Shown here: piece after piece, positions 51,122 through 59,409 of the stretch
Layout of the letters: the number at the start of each line of letters is the position of its first letter
Position numbering within the stretch: position 1 is the stretch's first letter
The notes under the pieces: generated by a model
Told to the model about the DNA's origin: nothing
Databases searched by the model: none
Seen by the model: the letters and a program-made list of their open reading frames with translations, nothing else
Origin: Candidatus Multivoradales bacterium
GTDB taxonomy: Bacteria > Acidobacteriota > Thermoanaerobaculia > Multivoradales > J023
Direction of reading: 5' to 3'
Length of the DNA stretch: 64,000 nucleotides
Assembly (NCBI GenBank): GCA_965248925.1
Contig: CBDFLE010000006.1
Span: 4,224,001 to 4,288,000, forward strand
Translations under genes and position numbers: made by a program

Positions 51122-53341
51122 ATGCCTCGTGCAACTCTCCGCAAGCTTGTGCTCGCTTCTGCACTCCTGGCGCTGCTGACTACAACCTGCCGGCGCCCGG
51201 AATCCAGGACGGTTGGCGATCTGGTAGCGACCTTCGCCCTGGCCGATGCCCGGGCTGAGGTGGCGCACATCGATTTCGGCTCTGCCGCCGCTCACCCATT
51301 CCTCACCGCAGGCTGGGGAGCGGGCGACAAGGCGGGCAACTACCTGTGGGCACTTGGCGAGCGCTCCGCACTGCGTTTTTTTATCGCCACTCCGCGACCC
51401 ATGGAGCTCGTCGCCGCTGTCCGGAGCTATCCACCCGCGGGACCGCAGACCGTGCACGTATGGCTCAACGGCCAGCTGCTGAACAGCTTCACGCCCGGCC
51501 CCAAGTTGGCTGATTTCCGTCTAACGATCACCGCAGAGGCGCTACACAGGGGGGACAACGAACTTGTTCTAGAGCATGCGGCAAGCGCTGTTCCCCGAGC
51601 CGTACAGGCCGGTTCCAGCGATCACCGTGCATTGGCGGCGGCTTGGCATTCTCTCGCTCTGAGCGCAAACCATCACGATTACATCTTACCGACCGCGCGG
51701 CCGCGCAGCGCTCCACCTTCCCTGATCCTGCCGCCGGCCAGTCGCTTGGATTACTACCTCGATCTGCCACCGAACTCTTGGCTGAGCCTCGCCGGACTGA
51801 CCACCTCCGGTGACGCCGGGCCACCGCCAAAAACCACTCTTCTGTTGGCAGACGCCCAAGGCGACCTGAGTGAGATTCCCTTGCCCAGCACCTCAGACCC
51901 CACCGAAATCCGACTACCCGCCTCCGGACAGCTCCGCTTGTCGTTAATCGTAGAGCCGGCCGGCAGCAACAACCGAGTGCTCCTGCGACCTCGAATCGAG
52001 ACCACCGAACCAGCGCCCTCGAAGCTCCCCCCATCAGCCGCGAACACCTCGCTTCGGGATCCTCCCAACATCCTGCTCTATGTCATCGACACGCTGAGAT
52101 CCGACCACCTCGGCTGCTATGGCTACTCCCGACCGACTTCGCCACGGATCGACGCTTGGGCTCGCCAAGCGACCCTTTTTCGGCGCTCCTACGCCCAATC
52201 GTCATGGACTCGCGCCAGTATGGTGTCGATCCTCAGCGGACTGCAGCCCGCGGTCCATGGCACTCTTGACCGTGACGACGGCCTGGCCACAACTCTGGAC
52301 ACTCTACCCGCGAGGCTGCAAGCGGCCGGCTACAGCACCGCCGGCTTGATCACCAACGGCAACGCTAATTTTGGCGACCGTGGCTACGATCACTATCGCT
52401 ATTTGCGGGAACAGCGCAACCGCGAAGTGCATCAGCTCTCCGATGCTCTGCACAACGCGGCCCTCGACTGGCTCGACCAACGCCCTCGGGACCGCCCTTT
52501 CTTTCTCTACATACACGCCAGCGACCCGCACGCGCCCTATGAGCCTCGCAGCCCTTTCCGTGAACTATTCGCGCGCCAAGACCTGCCAGCCCAAGCTGGT
52601 GGACTCGAAGCTCTCGACCAGCTGCAGAGAACCAGCCCAGCTGAGCAAGGCCAGCAGCGCGCCGACCTGATCGATCTCTATGACGCCGAGATCGCCATGA
52701 ACGATCACCATTTTGGCGGACTGCTCGATGCCCTCGAATCTCGCGGGCTCGGTAACACCATGGTACTTCTGGTCTCAGATCACGGTGAGGAGTTTCTCGA
52801 TCACGGCGGCTGGCAGCATGGCAAGACGCTCTACGGCGAGCAGTTGCGAGTGCCGCTGATCATCCGCTTCCCCGAGGGTCGACACGCCGGAGTTGAGACC
52901 GACATCACTGCCCAACACGTCGACATTGCACCGACCATCCTGCGAGCGGCGGGGTTGGCACTGCCGGCATCGGGCCAAGGTCGCGATCTGGCCCGCGCCA
53001 TCGCCCTAAAATCGGCGGCTGGATCCACTGCTGGATCTGCTCCAGTACCGGCTTATGCACACCTCGCCCTCGATGGCATTCGGCTACAAGCCATCACCAC
53101 TCAGCAACACCGCTTGATCCGCCGACGCCATGACTTCGGCGCCGCCGAACTGGAACTCTACGACCTGAGCAAAGACCCGTCCGAGCGTCACCGACTGGGG
53201 GCTGAGGCCGAGTTCTGGCGCGGCTACAACCTGAGCTTATTACGCCAAACAGACTTCGATTGGCCGACGGCACTGGAGCCCGGACGGGCCGAAATTCCCG
53301 CCGAGACCCGGGAGCGGCTCGAAGCGCTGGGATATCTGTAG
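51122..53341 (+). CDS. Sulfatase-like hydrolase (alkaline phosphatase superfamily) with N-terminal beta-sandwich regions, possible lipoprotein
   Basis: [50 protein letters not shown]. Confidence 0.9.
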   Translation: MPRATLRKLVLASALLALLTTTCRRPESRTVGDLVATFALADARAEVAHIDFGSAAAHPFLTAGWGAGDKAGNYLWALGERSALRFFIATPRPMELVAAVRSYPPAGPQTVHVWLNGQLLNSFTPGPKLADFRLTITAEALHRGDNELVLEHAASAVPRAVQAGSSDHRALAAAWHSLALSANHHDYILPTARPRSAPPSLILPPASRLDYYLDLPPNSWLSLAGLTTSGDAGPPPKTTLLLADAQGDLSEIPLPSTSDPTEIRLPASGQLRLSLIVEPAGSNNRVLLRPRIETTEPAPSKLPPSAANTSLRDPPNILLYVIDTLRSDHLGCYGYSRPTSPRIDAWARQATLFRRSYAQSSWTRASMVSILSGLQPAVHGTLDRDDGLATTLDTLPARLQAAGYSTAGLITNGNANFGDRGYDHYRYLREQRNREVHQLSDALHNAALDWLDQRPRDRPFFLYIHASDPHAPYEPRSPFRELFARQDLPAQAGGLEALDQLQRTSPAEQGQQRADLIDLYDAEIAMNDHHFGGLLDALESRGLGNTMVLLVSDHGEEFLDHGGWQHGKTLYGEQLRVPLIIRFPEGRHAGVETDITAQHVDIAPTILRAAGLALPASGQGRDLARAIALKSAAGSTAGSAPVPAYAHLALDGIRLQAITTQQHRLIRRRHDFGAAELELYDLSKDPSERHRLGAEAEFWRGYNLSLLRQTDFDWPTALEPGRAEIPAETRERLEALGYL

Positions 53342-53479
53342 ACGGGGCGGGAACGCGCCGCTCCCACCTTCTATGTTGTCCCAATCAGGTGCCGACTGGG
53401 ACCTGCCCGAGTAAGTGGCCTGCCAATCTCGGCGGCTCAGAAACTGCACAACTCCCCGCCAATGACAACCCGAATCTTC

Positions 53480-53525
53480 GTCCAACCGGGACGTCATGGC
53501 ATAGCGAGGGGTTTCAACCCCTCGC
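53480..53525 (+). repeat. REP-like double hairpin, copy 1
   Basis: GTCCaaccgGGAC-GTCATggCATa-GCGAGGGGtttcaaCCCCTCGC. Confidence 0.75.
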
Positions 53526-53658
53526 CAAGGTGCCGCAAGCGAGCTAGCAGCCGCTGCTGATCATCCGCTGTACACTGTGCTCCACCCAATGCCAATCGCT
53601 CGCACCGACCTCGGCCGCCAAACCCCATCCCCACGGGTTTGCCAATGCCACCCGCGTG

Positions 53659-53674
53659 CGGCACGGAACCTGCT
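53659..53674 (+). promoter_or_regulatory. Sigma54 -24/-12 promoter-like site
   Basis: cGGCACGgaacctGCt with GG-N10-GC spacing, ~40 nt upstream of the DUF2157 start. Confidence 0.55.
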
Positions 53675-53684
53675 ACCAAGACAG

Positions 53685-53716
53685 TCAAGAGGACAAACCA
53701 TCAAGAGGACAAACCA
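53685..53716 (+). repeat. 16-bp tandem duplication TCAAGAGGACAAACCA x2 covering the RBS
   Basis: Read directly; the last A is the A of the ATG. Confidence 0.9.
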
Positions 53717-55038
53717 TGCAAAGAAACCACACCCGTTGGCTCAACGAGCAGCTCCCTGAGTTGGTCGAAAGCGGCGTTCTCGACCCCGAGACCGCCAAGC
53801 GCATCGCCGAGCACTTTGCTACTGAGAATGCCGGGTGGCGCCGCGAAGTAGTCTTCGCCATCCTTGGCGCGGTGTTGCTCGGTGGTGGGGTGATCTTGCT
53901 GGTAGCCCACAACTGGCAAGACCTGTCGCGGCCGGCGCGGGTGGTGGTGGCTTTCGCACCGTTGGTCGGCTGCCAGCTGCTGGCGGCCTGGGTTCTGCGG
54001 GCCAGAAGCACCTCGGCGGCCTGGCGCGAAGGGGTGGGAGGCGGCCTGGCACTGGCGATGGCCAGCTGCTTGGCACTGGTCTGGCAGACCTACCACATCC
54101 CTGATGACTTCCAGAACCTGCTCTTTTACTGGCTGCTCCTGGTGGTGCCGATCGCCTACTTACTCGAAGCGCGCTTGCCACTGCTGCTTTACTCTTTCGG
54201 AACCTGGACCTGGCTGTTGCAGCACGACTCGGCGATAGATCAAGGGCGGCAAATGTTGTACTGGCTGTTCCTGGCTCTTCAGCTGCCATTCTTGTGGCGT
54301 TCGGCGCGCTCGGATAAGGCGCGGAGCTGGATCACGTTGCTGACCTGGTCGGCAGCGATCAGCTCATATTTCGGCGTCGGCATGACCCTCGATACGCAGG
54401 GCTCTGCGAGGCTGACGCTGGTGCTCTTCGGCGTCCTATTTGCTGGCCACCTCGCGTTGTCGAAACCGTGGGGCGAGAGCGGCCGGCTACGGTGGGGCAG
54501 CCCACTGCGCTCTAGTGCTGTGCTCGGCACGGTGATAGTGGCCATCACCGCTTCTTACCGCGATGTATGGCGGAATATGCCAACACTCGCCGAACAGCTG
54601 CCGACCACTGGGTCGTGGGCCTTGGCATTGAGGGTGGCGCTACTCGTAGTTGGCTTGGGGGCCACTCTGTGGCTGCTCAAATCTAGCGACCGGCGCACAG
54701 TACCTGCCGATCTCAGCCGCTTGGTCGTGCCGGTCGTGGCGCTAGCCCTCGCCGGTGGTTACCTGGCCGCTTCACTCGGGGTCGACGCATTCTGGATCGC
54801 CTTGATCTTCAACTTGTTGTCGGCCTGCTGGGCGCTGGCCGCGGTGCTTATCGGTTTTCGCGACGGCCGAGCTAGCTTGGTGAATGGCGGCCTGGCCTTG
54901 GCCTCGATGTTGATCTTGCTGCGTTTCTTGGACGCGGATTTGGGGTTGCTGCCGCGAGCCCTGGCGTTCTTGGCCGCGGGCACGGCCTTTCTGTGGGCCA
55001 ATCTGGCGCTCAGCCGGCGTTCGGAGGTGAAGTCATGA
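53716..55038 (+). CDS. DUF2157-family integral membrane protein
   Basis: WL.EQLPELVESGVL, GAVLLGGGVILLVAHNWQDLSR, QTYHI, many TM helices. Confidence 0.85.
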   Translation: MQRNHTRWLNEQLPELVESGVLDPETAKRIAEHFATENAGWRREVVFAILGAVLLGGGVILLVAHNWQDLSRPARVVVAFAPLVGCQLLAAWVLRARSTSAAWREGVGGGLALAMASCLALVWQTYHIPDDFQNLLFYWLLLVVPIAYLLEARLPLLLYSFGTWTWLLQHDSAIDQGRQMLYWLFLALQLPFLWRSARSDKARSWITLLTWSAAISSYFGVGMTLDTQGSARLTLVLFGVLFAGHLALSKPWGESGRLRWGSPLRSSAVLGTVIVAITASYRDVWRNMPTLAEQLPTTGSWALALRVALLVVGLGATLWLLKSSDRRTVPADLSRLVVPVVALALAGGYLAASLGVDAFWIALIFNLLSACWALAAVLIGFRDGRASLVNGGLALASMLILLRFLDADLGLLPRALAFLAAGTAFLWANLALSRRSEVKS

Positions 55039-55628
55039 AACTGCGTTATGTATTGTTGGCCTTGCTCGCCATCCTTCAGCTGGCCGTGCCGGCCTGGCAG
55101 ATCGGCTGTCGTGAGTTCACTCTGCGCCATGGCGAGGTCTTTCGTTTCCGCACCGCACCGGTCGATCCCTACGATGCGCTGCGCGGTCGCTATGTGTCAC
55201 TCTGGTTGGAGGACAGCAGCGCGCCAGTGCCGCCGGTAACCGCCCTCGACACCCAGGGGCGACGGTTCTACGCCCGACTTGGGGTCGACAGCGAGGGCTA
55301 TGCTTTCTTCGACTCCCTGCACCGCAGCCCGCCTACCGACGGGGCCTATCTGAAGGTGCGCGTGCAGAGGTTCAATGTGGGACAGCGGGCCCAACTCAGA
55401 ACTGGTTTCGAACGCTATTACCTCAACGACAAGCTTGCGCCCGCCGCCGAAGCGGCGTTTCGCCGCAGGGACGCTACCGAGCGCCGTGAGTCGTATTTGG
55501 TGGTGCGGGTGCGCGATGGGGTGGGGGTGCCGGAAGAACTCTTTGTCGGCGGCTTGCCGATTGTCGAGGCAGCGCGGGAGCAGCTTGACACAGGGGCCGC
55601 CGGGGAAGGTGGCACTTCTGGCCCCTGA
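55035..55628 (+). CDS. GDYXXLXY-domain protein
   Basis: TAPVDPYDALRGRYVSL; ATGA-coupled to DUF2157, its usual partner. Confidence 0.85.
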   Translation: MKLRYVLLALLAILQLAVPAWQIGCREFTLRHGEVFRFRTAPVDPYDALRGRYVSLWLEDSSAPVPPVTALDTQGRRFYARLGVDSEGYAFFDSLHRSPPTDGAYLKVRVQRFNVGQRAQLRTGFERYYLNDKLAPAAEAAFRRRDATERRESYLVVRVRDGVGVPEELFVGGLPIVEAAREQLDTGAAGEGGTSGP

Positions 55629-55711
55629 GTCATCCTGAGCCGGGCTCGGACGCTGCGGGCGTAAGCCGTGCGCTCCGCTCAGCCAATGAAGCTGCGGGCA
55701 GGACCCATCAA

Positions 55712-55747
55712 TTGACCCTGTAGGAATCCTACTGTAGGGTGCCTACA
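55712..55747 (+). promoter_or_regulatory. Promoter TTGACC-N17-TAGGGT with two palindromic operators; likely leaderless mRNA
   Basis: GTAGGAaTCCTAC (55720-55732) and TGTAGGgtgCCTACA (55733-55747). The ATG lies 6 nt after the -10 box and has no RBS. Confidence 0.65.
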
Positions 55748-55989
55748 TGGCAGCAAGACCGATACAGATTTCCATTGACGACAGCCTGCTCGGACGCATC
55801 GACGCCGACCCGGAGGTACGCGACAAAGGCAGATCATCCTTCATCCGCGCCGCCGTTCGGCTTTATCTAAAGGCCAAGGAGCGCCGTCAAGTCGAGCTAC
55901 GCCTGGCTCAAGCCTACGACGGAGAGGCCGACGCCTTGCTGCAAGAAATCGACAACCTCATCGGCAACCAATCATGGCCGAACGACTGA
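55747..55989 (+). CDS. Ribbon-helix-helix antitoxin
   Basis: PIQISIDDSLLGRID...RSSFIRAAVRLYL; overlaps the toxin gene. Confidence 0.85.
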   Translation: MAARPIQISIDDSLLGRIDADPEVRDKGRSSFIRAAVRLYLKAKERRQVELRLAQAYDGEADALLQEIDNLIGNQSWPND

Positions 55990-56300
55990 GCCGCGGAGAG
56001 ATCTGGCTTCTCGAGTTGTCACGGCCAGACAAGCGGCGCCCAGTACTGGTCCTCAGCCGCCCCTCACTGGTACGGCTGCTGCACACCGTCACGGTCTCTG
56101 CGATCACCTCGACCCGCCGCGACTCTCCCACCGAAGTTGCGCTGGGTGTCGACGAAGGGCTCAAACAGGCCTCGTGCGCCAATCTCTGCAATCTCTTTAC
56201 CGTCCGCCAGAACGAACTCCGAACCTTCGTGGGGACTGTCGGCTCTGCCAAGATGGCGGAGGTCTGCAAAGCTCTCGCGATCTCGTGCGGTTGCGAGTAG
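55974..56300 (+). CDS. PemK/MazF-family endoribonuclease toxin
   Basis: RGEIW..DKRRPVLVLS..VTVSAITST..GLKQAS.AN..NLFTV. Confidence 0.9.
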   Translation: MAERLSRGEIWLLELSRPDKRRPVLVLSRPSLVRLLHTVTVSAITSTRRDSPTEVALGVDEGLKQASCANLCNLFTVRQNELRTFVGTVGSAKMAEVCKALAISCGCE

Positions 56301-56342
56301 AGACCAGAAAGCATCAGCAAGAGTGACCGACCTCGACCAAAG

Positions 56343-57194
56343 CTAGAAACGCCCGCCATCGGCGGCGCCGGGGAGGGCTCGCCGCCTGTGGGCACGACGC
56401 CGTCGACGCCGGGATCCGCGAACTCGTCGACCCGCTTGGCGCCGCCTTTGCTGGCGGCGCGAACGACTCACTGTCCCAAGGATCCGTTCGGCGTCGAAGG
56501 GGAAACCGGCGACCTCGTAGAGGCTCTTGAGCAGCCGAACGCAGCGACGGGAAACTCTGTCAAACCGCTCGATCAACCGTTTCCTGGCCCCACGGGTGAG
56601 TTGGGCACGGCGCCGCGCGGGTTGTAGTTGGCTTAGAGCACTGTCGAGGTCAACAAGGGCCGCCTCGACCTCGCCCACTAAGAGTCCGAGCTGCGGTTCT
56701 TCAGCCTCGGGCAGCGCCGACGGCCAAACCTGATCAGGCACTTGGAGCAAGGCCAGTACCGAGCGGCCGAGTCGCCAGAGTTCCACCGGCAGCCGTGGCA
56801 CTCTGCCCAATCCCACCAAGGCATCGCTCTGGTCGACCCCATAGGAGCGGTCGATCTCCGATTTCACCCGCCGTAGGACGGTGGCCATCTGGGTGACGGC
56901 CTGGTCGCGCTGCTGGCGACTTCGGCGATCTGCGCGTAGGGCCCGGAAGTGCGCTTCGTCGGCCCGCAGCAGATCGGCCGACTGGCCTTGCAAGCAGCCG
57001 GATAGCATTTCCTGAAAAACAGTAAAGTCGGGCAAGGTCTGCCCCTCACTGAGGAAGGGAGCCAACTGCTCGTCCAGAGCGCGACTAACCTCGGCGGCCA
57101 GCACGGTGACGCTGGAAGCCACCTGATCGGCTAGGTGCTGCCGCCGAAGCACCATCCGGGAAGCACTCTTCGAGGCCATGTGTGCCGTCTTCAT
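56343..57194 (-). CDS. Hypothetical helical protein with Arg-rich tail
   Basis: Long ORF with GAAGG RBS behind an AT-rich promoter region. The tail may be frameshifted. Confidence 0.65.
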   Translation of the reverse strand: MKTAHMASKSASRMVLRRQHLADQVASSVTVLAAEVSRALDEQLAPFLSEGQTLPDFTVFQEMLSGCLQGQSADLLRADEAHFRALRADRRSRQQRDQAVTQMATVLRRVKSEIDRSYGVDQSDALVGLGRVPRLPVELWRLGRSVLALLQVPDQVWPSALPEAEEPQLGLLVGEVEAALVDLDSALSQLQPARRRAQLTRGARKRLIERFDRVSRRCVRLLKSLYEVAGFPFDAERILGTVSRSRRQQRRRQAGRRVRGSRRRRRRAHRRRALPGAADGGRF

Positions 57195-57420
57195 ACCTTC
57201 CCCATCATTAGAATTCTCTGTTGATCAGTAAACTCTCTAAGTTACAAGACAAGTCTAGAGATAGATGATTTCTCTGTGAATGGCTCACTCAAGGTAGATT
57301 TCAGGGCTGAACTTATCCAGAATCTTACCGCACAGGTAAGCTTTCTCTTCAAAATCGCCACCGATGAGTGGGCAGTGCTGCCCACTGGGTACTGCAAATC
57401 TGTTGGCAGGATTCGGCGGA

Positions 57421-57978
57421 TCAGTCAGTCTTCAGACAGTGGTTCTGCAAGTAGCGAGTCGTCGTAACAAAAGCGTCGACACGCTCCTTCAGCCGTTCCG
57501 TCTGACTGCTGGCGCCATCGAGTTCCTCCACCAGCAAGCGGCGCTCTGCTCGCAGCGCCTCTTGCAGCTCTTCGGGCAAGCCGGCGAACTTGAGCACGTT
57601 GAGTTTCAGATTCGACGACGATTGGCCATAGGCCGGGGCATCTGTTTCCTTCACCGATTGAGCGGCCGCAAGGTCGTAGATCGGACCTTCCGGATTCCCT
57701 ATCGACGCCTCGGTCAAGGCGACGATCTTGAACTTCTCCTCTTCCGGAAAGTAGTGCAAGTAGAGTGCTTTCGCGTAACGCCGCCGGAGGTCGTCAGGGC
57801 TTAGCTTCAAGGCTTTGGCGAGATTGTCGAAGTGTTCCACGGGCACCAATCGGTCGCCCCTCTCCCAGAATCCGTAGGCATCAGGCGTCGTGAATCCCAT
57901 CCTATCGGCGACCGCAATCTGGGTGAATTTCAGCTCTGCGCGGAGCTGACTAAGAACTCTCCACCAAACATTGGGCAT
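57421..57978 (-). CDS. XRE-family HTH transcriptional regulator
   Basis: LSQLRAELKFTQIAVADRMG..YGFWERGDR..LAKALKLS. Start uncertain. Confidence 0.75.
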   Translation of the reverse strand: MPNVWWRVLSQLRAELKFTQIAVADRMGFTTPDAYGFWERGDRLVPVEHFDNLAKALKLSPDDLRRRYAKALYLHYFPEEEKFKIVALTEASIGNPEGPIYDLAAAQSVKETDAPAYGQSSSNLKLNVLKFAGLPEELQEALRAERRLLVEELDGASSQTERLKERVDAFVTTTRYLQNHCLKTD

Positions 57979-58156
57979 ATTCCCATCAGGCTTCCGGGGC
58001 TTCGATCCGCCCTGCTCATTCTTGCGACTCACTCGGCAATCATAGGCAACGGCGCTCAAGCGCCCGTCAATCAAGATTCTTAGTGATAATCCCTAACACA
58101 ATCCAGAGGTTTCTTTCCTATATAGAGATTTTCCACCCAAACGAAGCCAGCTCTCT

Positions 58157-58203
58157 GTCCCCCTAAGGACGTCATCACATTGCGAGGGGTTTCAACCCTT
58201 CGC
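58157..58203 (+). repeat. REP-like double hairpin, copy 2
   Basis: GTCCccctaaGGAC-GTCATcaCATt-GCGAGGGGtttcaaCCCTTCGC. Confidence 0.75.
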
Positions 58204-58392
58204 GGGGAGCTTCCCGGCAGAGGAAGTTCGGGTGCGATAGCTCGCCACTTCATCCCACTACCTGAGTGAAACCGGAGCCAAGCTGGCCAGATGACTCGCA
58301 CCCGATGGGCGGGGCGAGATGATCTGGGGACCCTCCCTCGGCTCCAAAATCCCGGCGAGCACCCCGACGCTCGCTGAACCTAGGAGCACCCG

Positions 58393-59268
58393 ATGGCTTT
58401 TTCGCTGCAAACCAAAACCGTCCAGCCTGGCGATACCGCCACTTTTGATTTCGACAGCTCGATTGCCGCCTACACGGTGGGGATCAGCAATTACAACTTC
58501 ACCTTCGGCAGCGATGACGAGCATATCCAAGAGATCGAGATCGCCCTATCGGCCAACCAGCCTTCGGCAAATCAGCTGACTGTCAAGACCACCGGCATCC
58601 TGCAGGACTCAAGCGGCCACTCGATCAATAAGGGCAGCTCGTCGATCAGCGTGGTGGCGGTGGCCTGGACCGGAGCGCCGACCTCCGGCGTTGTGTTGGC
58701 CTCGCGGACCGGGATCTCCACGGGCACCCGTTCGGCGGACATCACTCTGCCAACTTCCACGCCGCAGATCAACCAGGCTTTCCTTGCGGGTTTGGAGCTG
58801 GCTTATGCGAAAGATCATCATGTGCAGCTGATCCAGGCGGACGCCGGGGTGCAGCTCGACGGCTCGCTGGACTACATCACCTCGACCGCCAAGATGCTCG
58901 ACAACGATGGCAACATCGCCAACATCGCGAACATCGATGGCGGTCTGCTGGCCACCTCCTCGGACGATGTCGGCTTACTGATCCAACCGGTGAATAACAA
59001 GCAGACTTCGACCAAGTTCTCAGTCGCGTTCGGAGCGGACCTGCGCCAAGCAGTGGTGCTCTTGACCAACTACAAGGTGCGCTACGAGTCGAATAAGGAC
59101 CACCACCTGAGGACCGTCGGCGGCGGCTGTAGCTGCTGGCGGATCGACCCCGAAAACGCCAGGAGCGTCATTCTGGACAACGCCTATTCCTACATGTCAG
59201 ACGACAGCGGCAAGCATCAGGACGACAATCAGAGCGAAGTGTCGTTGGTGGTGTTGGGCGTCTTCTGA
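58393..59268 (+). CDS. Hypothetical protein with three ~95-aa beta-rich repeats (lectin-like)
   Basis: Repeats FTFGSDDEHIQ..LQDSSG, LAYAKDHHVQ..MLDNDG, VRYESNKDHHLR..MSDDSG. AGGAG RBS. Confidence 0.7.
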   Translation: MAFSLQTKTVQPGDTATFDFDSSIAAYTVGISNYNFTFGSDDEHIQEIEIALSANQPSANQLTVKTTGILQDSSGHSINKGSSSISVVAVAWTGAPTSGVVLASRTGISTGTRSADITLPTSTPQINQAFLAGLELAYAKDHHVQLIQADAGVQLDGSLDYITSTAKMLDNDGNIANIANIDGGLLATSSDDVGLLIQPVNNKQTSTKFSVAFGADLRQAVVLLTNYKVRYESNKDHHLRTVGGGCSCWRIDPENARSVILDNAYSYMSDDSGKHQDDNQSEVSLVVLGVF

Positions 59269-59409
59269 TCACTGCCTGGATTTGTCGGCGCAGCCTCTGC
59301 TCGGATGGGTGGAGGCTGCCACTCTCTTCATCTCTCTGTAACAAGTCCCGCCGGAGGACTCGACTGGATCGGCCCGGCCTGCCGCCGATCCTGAAGATTG
59401 AGGTTCGTC

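Noticed and set aside
56343-56470. Arg-rich protamine-like tail as a functional feature
   Set aside because: An alternative frame (VDEFADPGVDGVVPTGGEPSP) has more typical codon usage, so the tail may be a frameshift artefact; this cannot be resolved here.
57421-59268. Prophage, suggested by the XRE regulator
   Set aside because: No integrase, structural or replication genes nearby.
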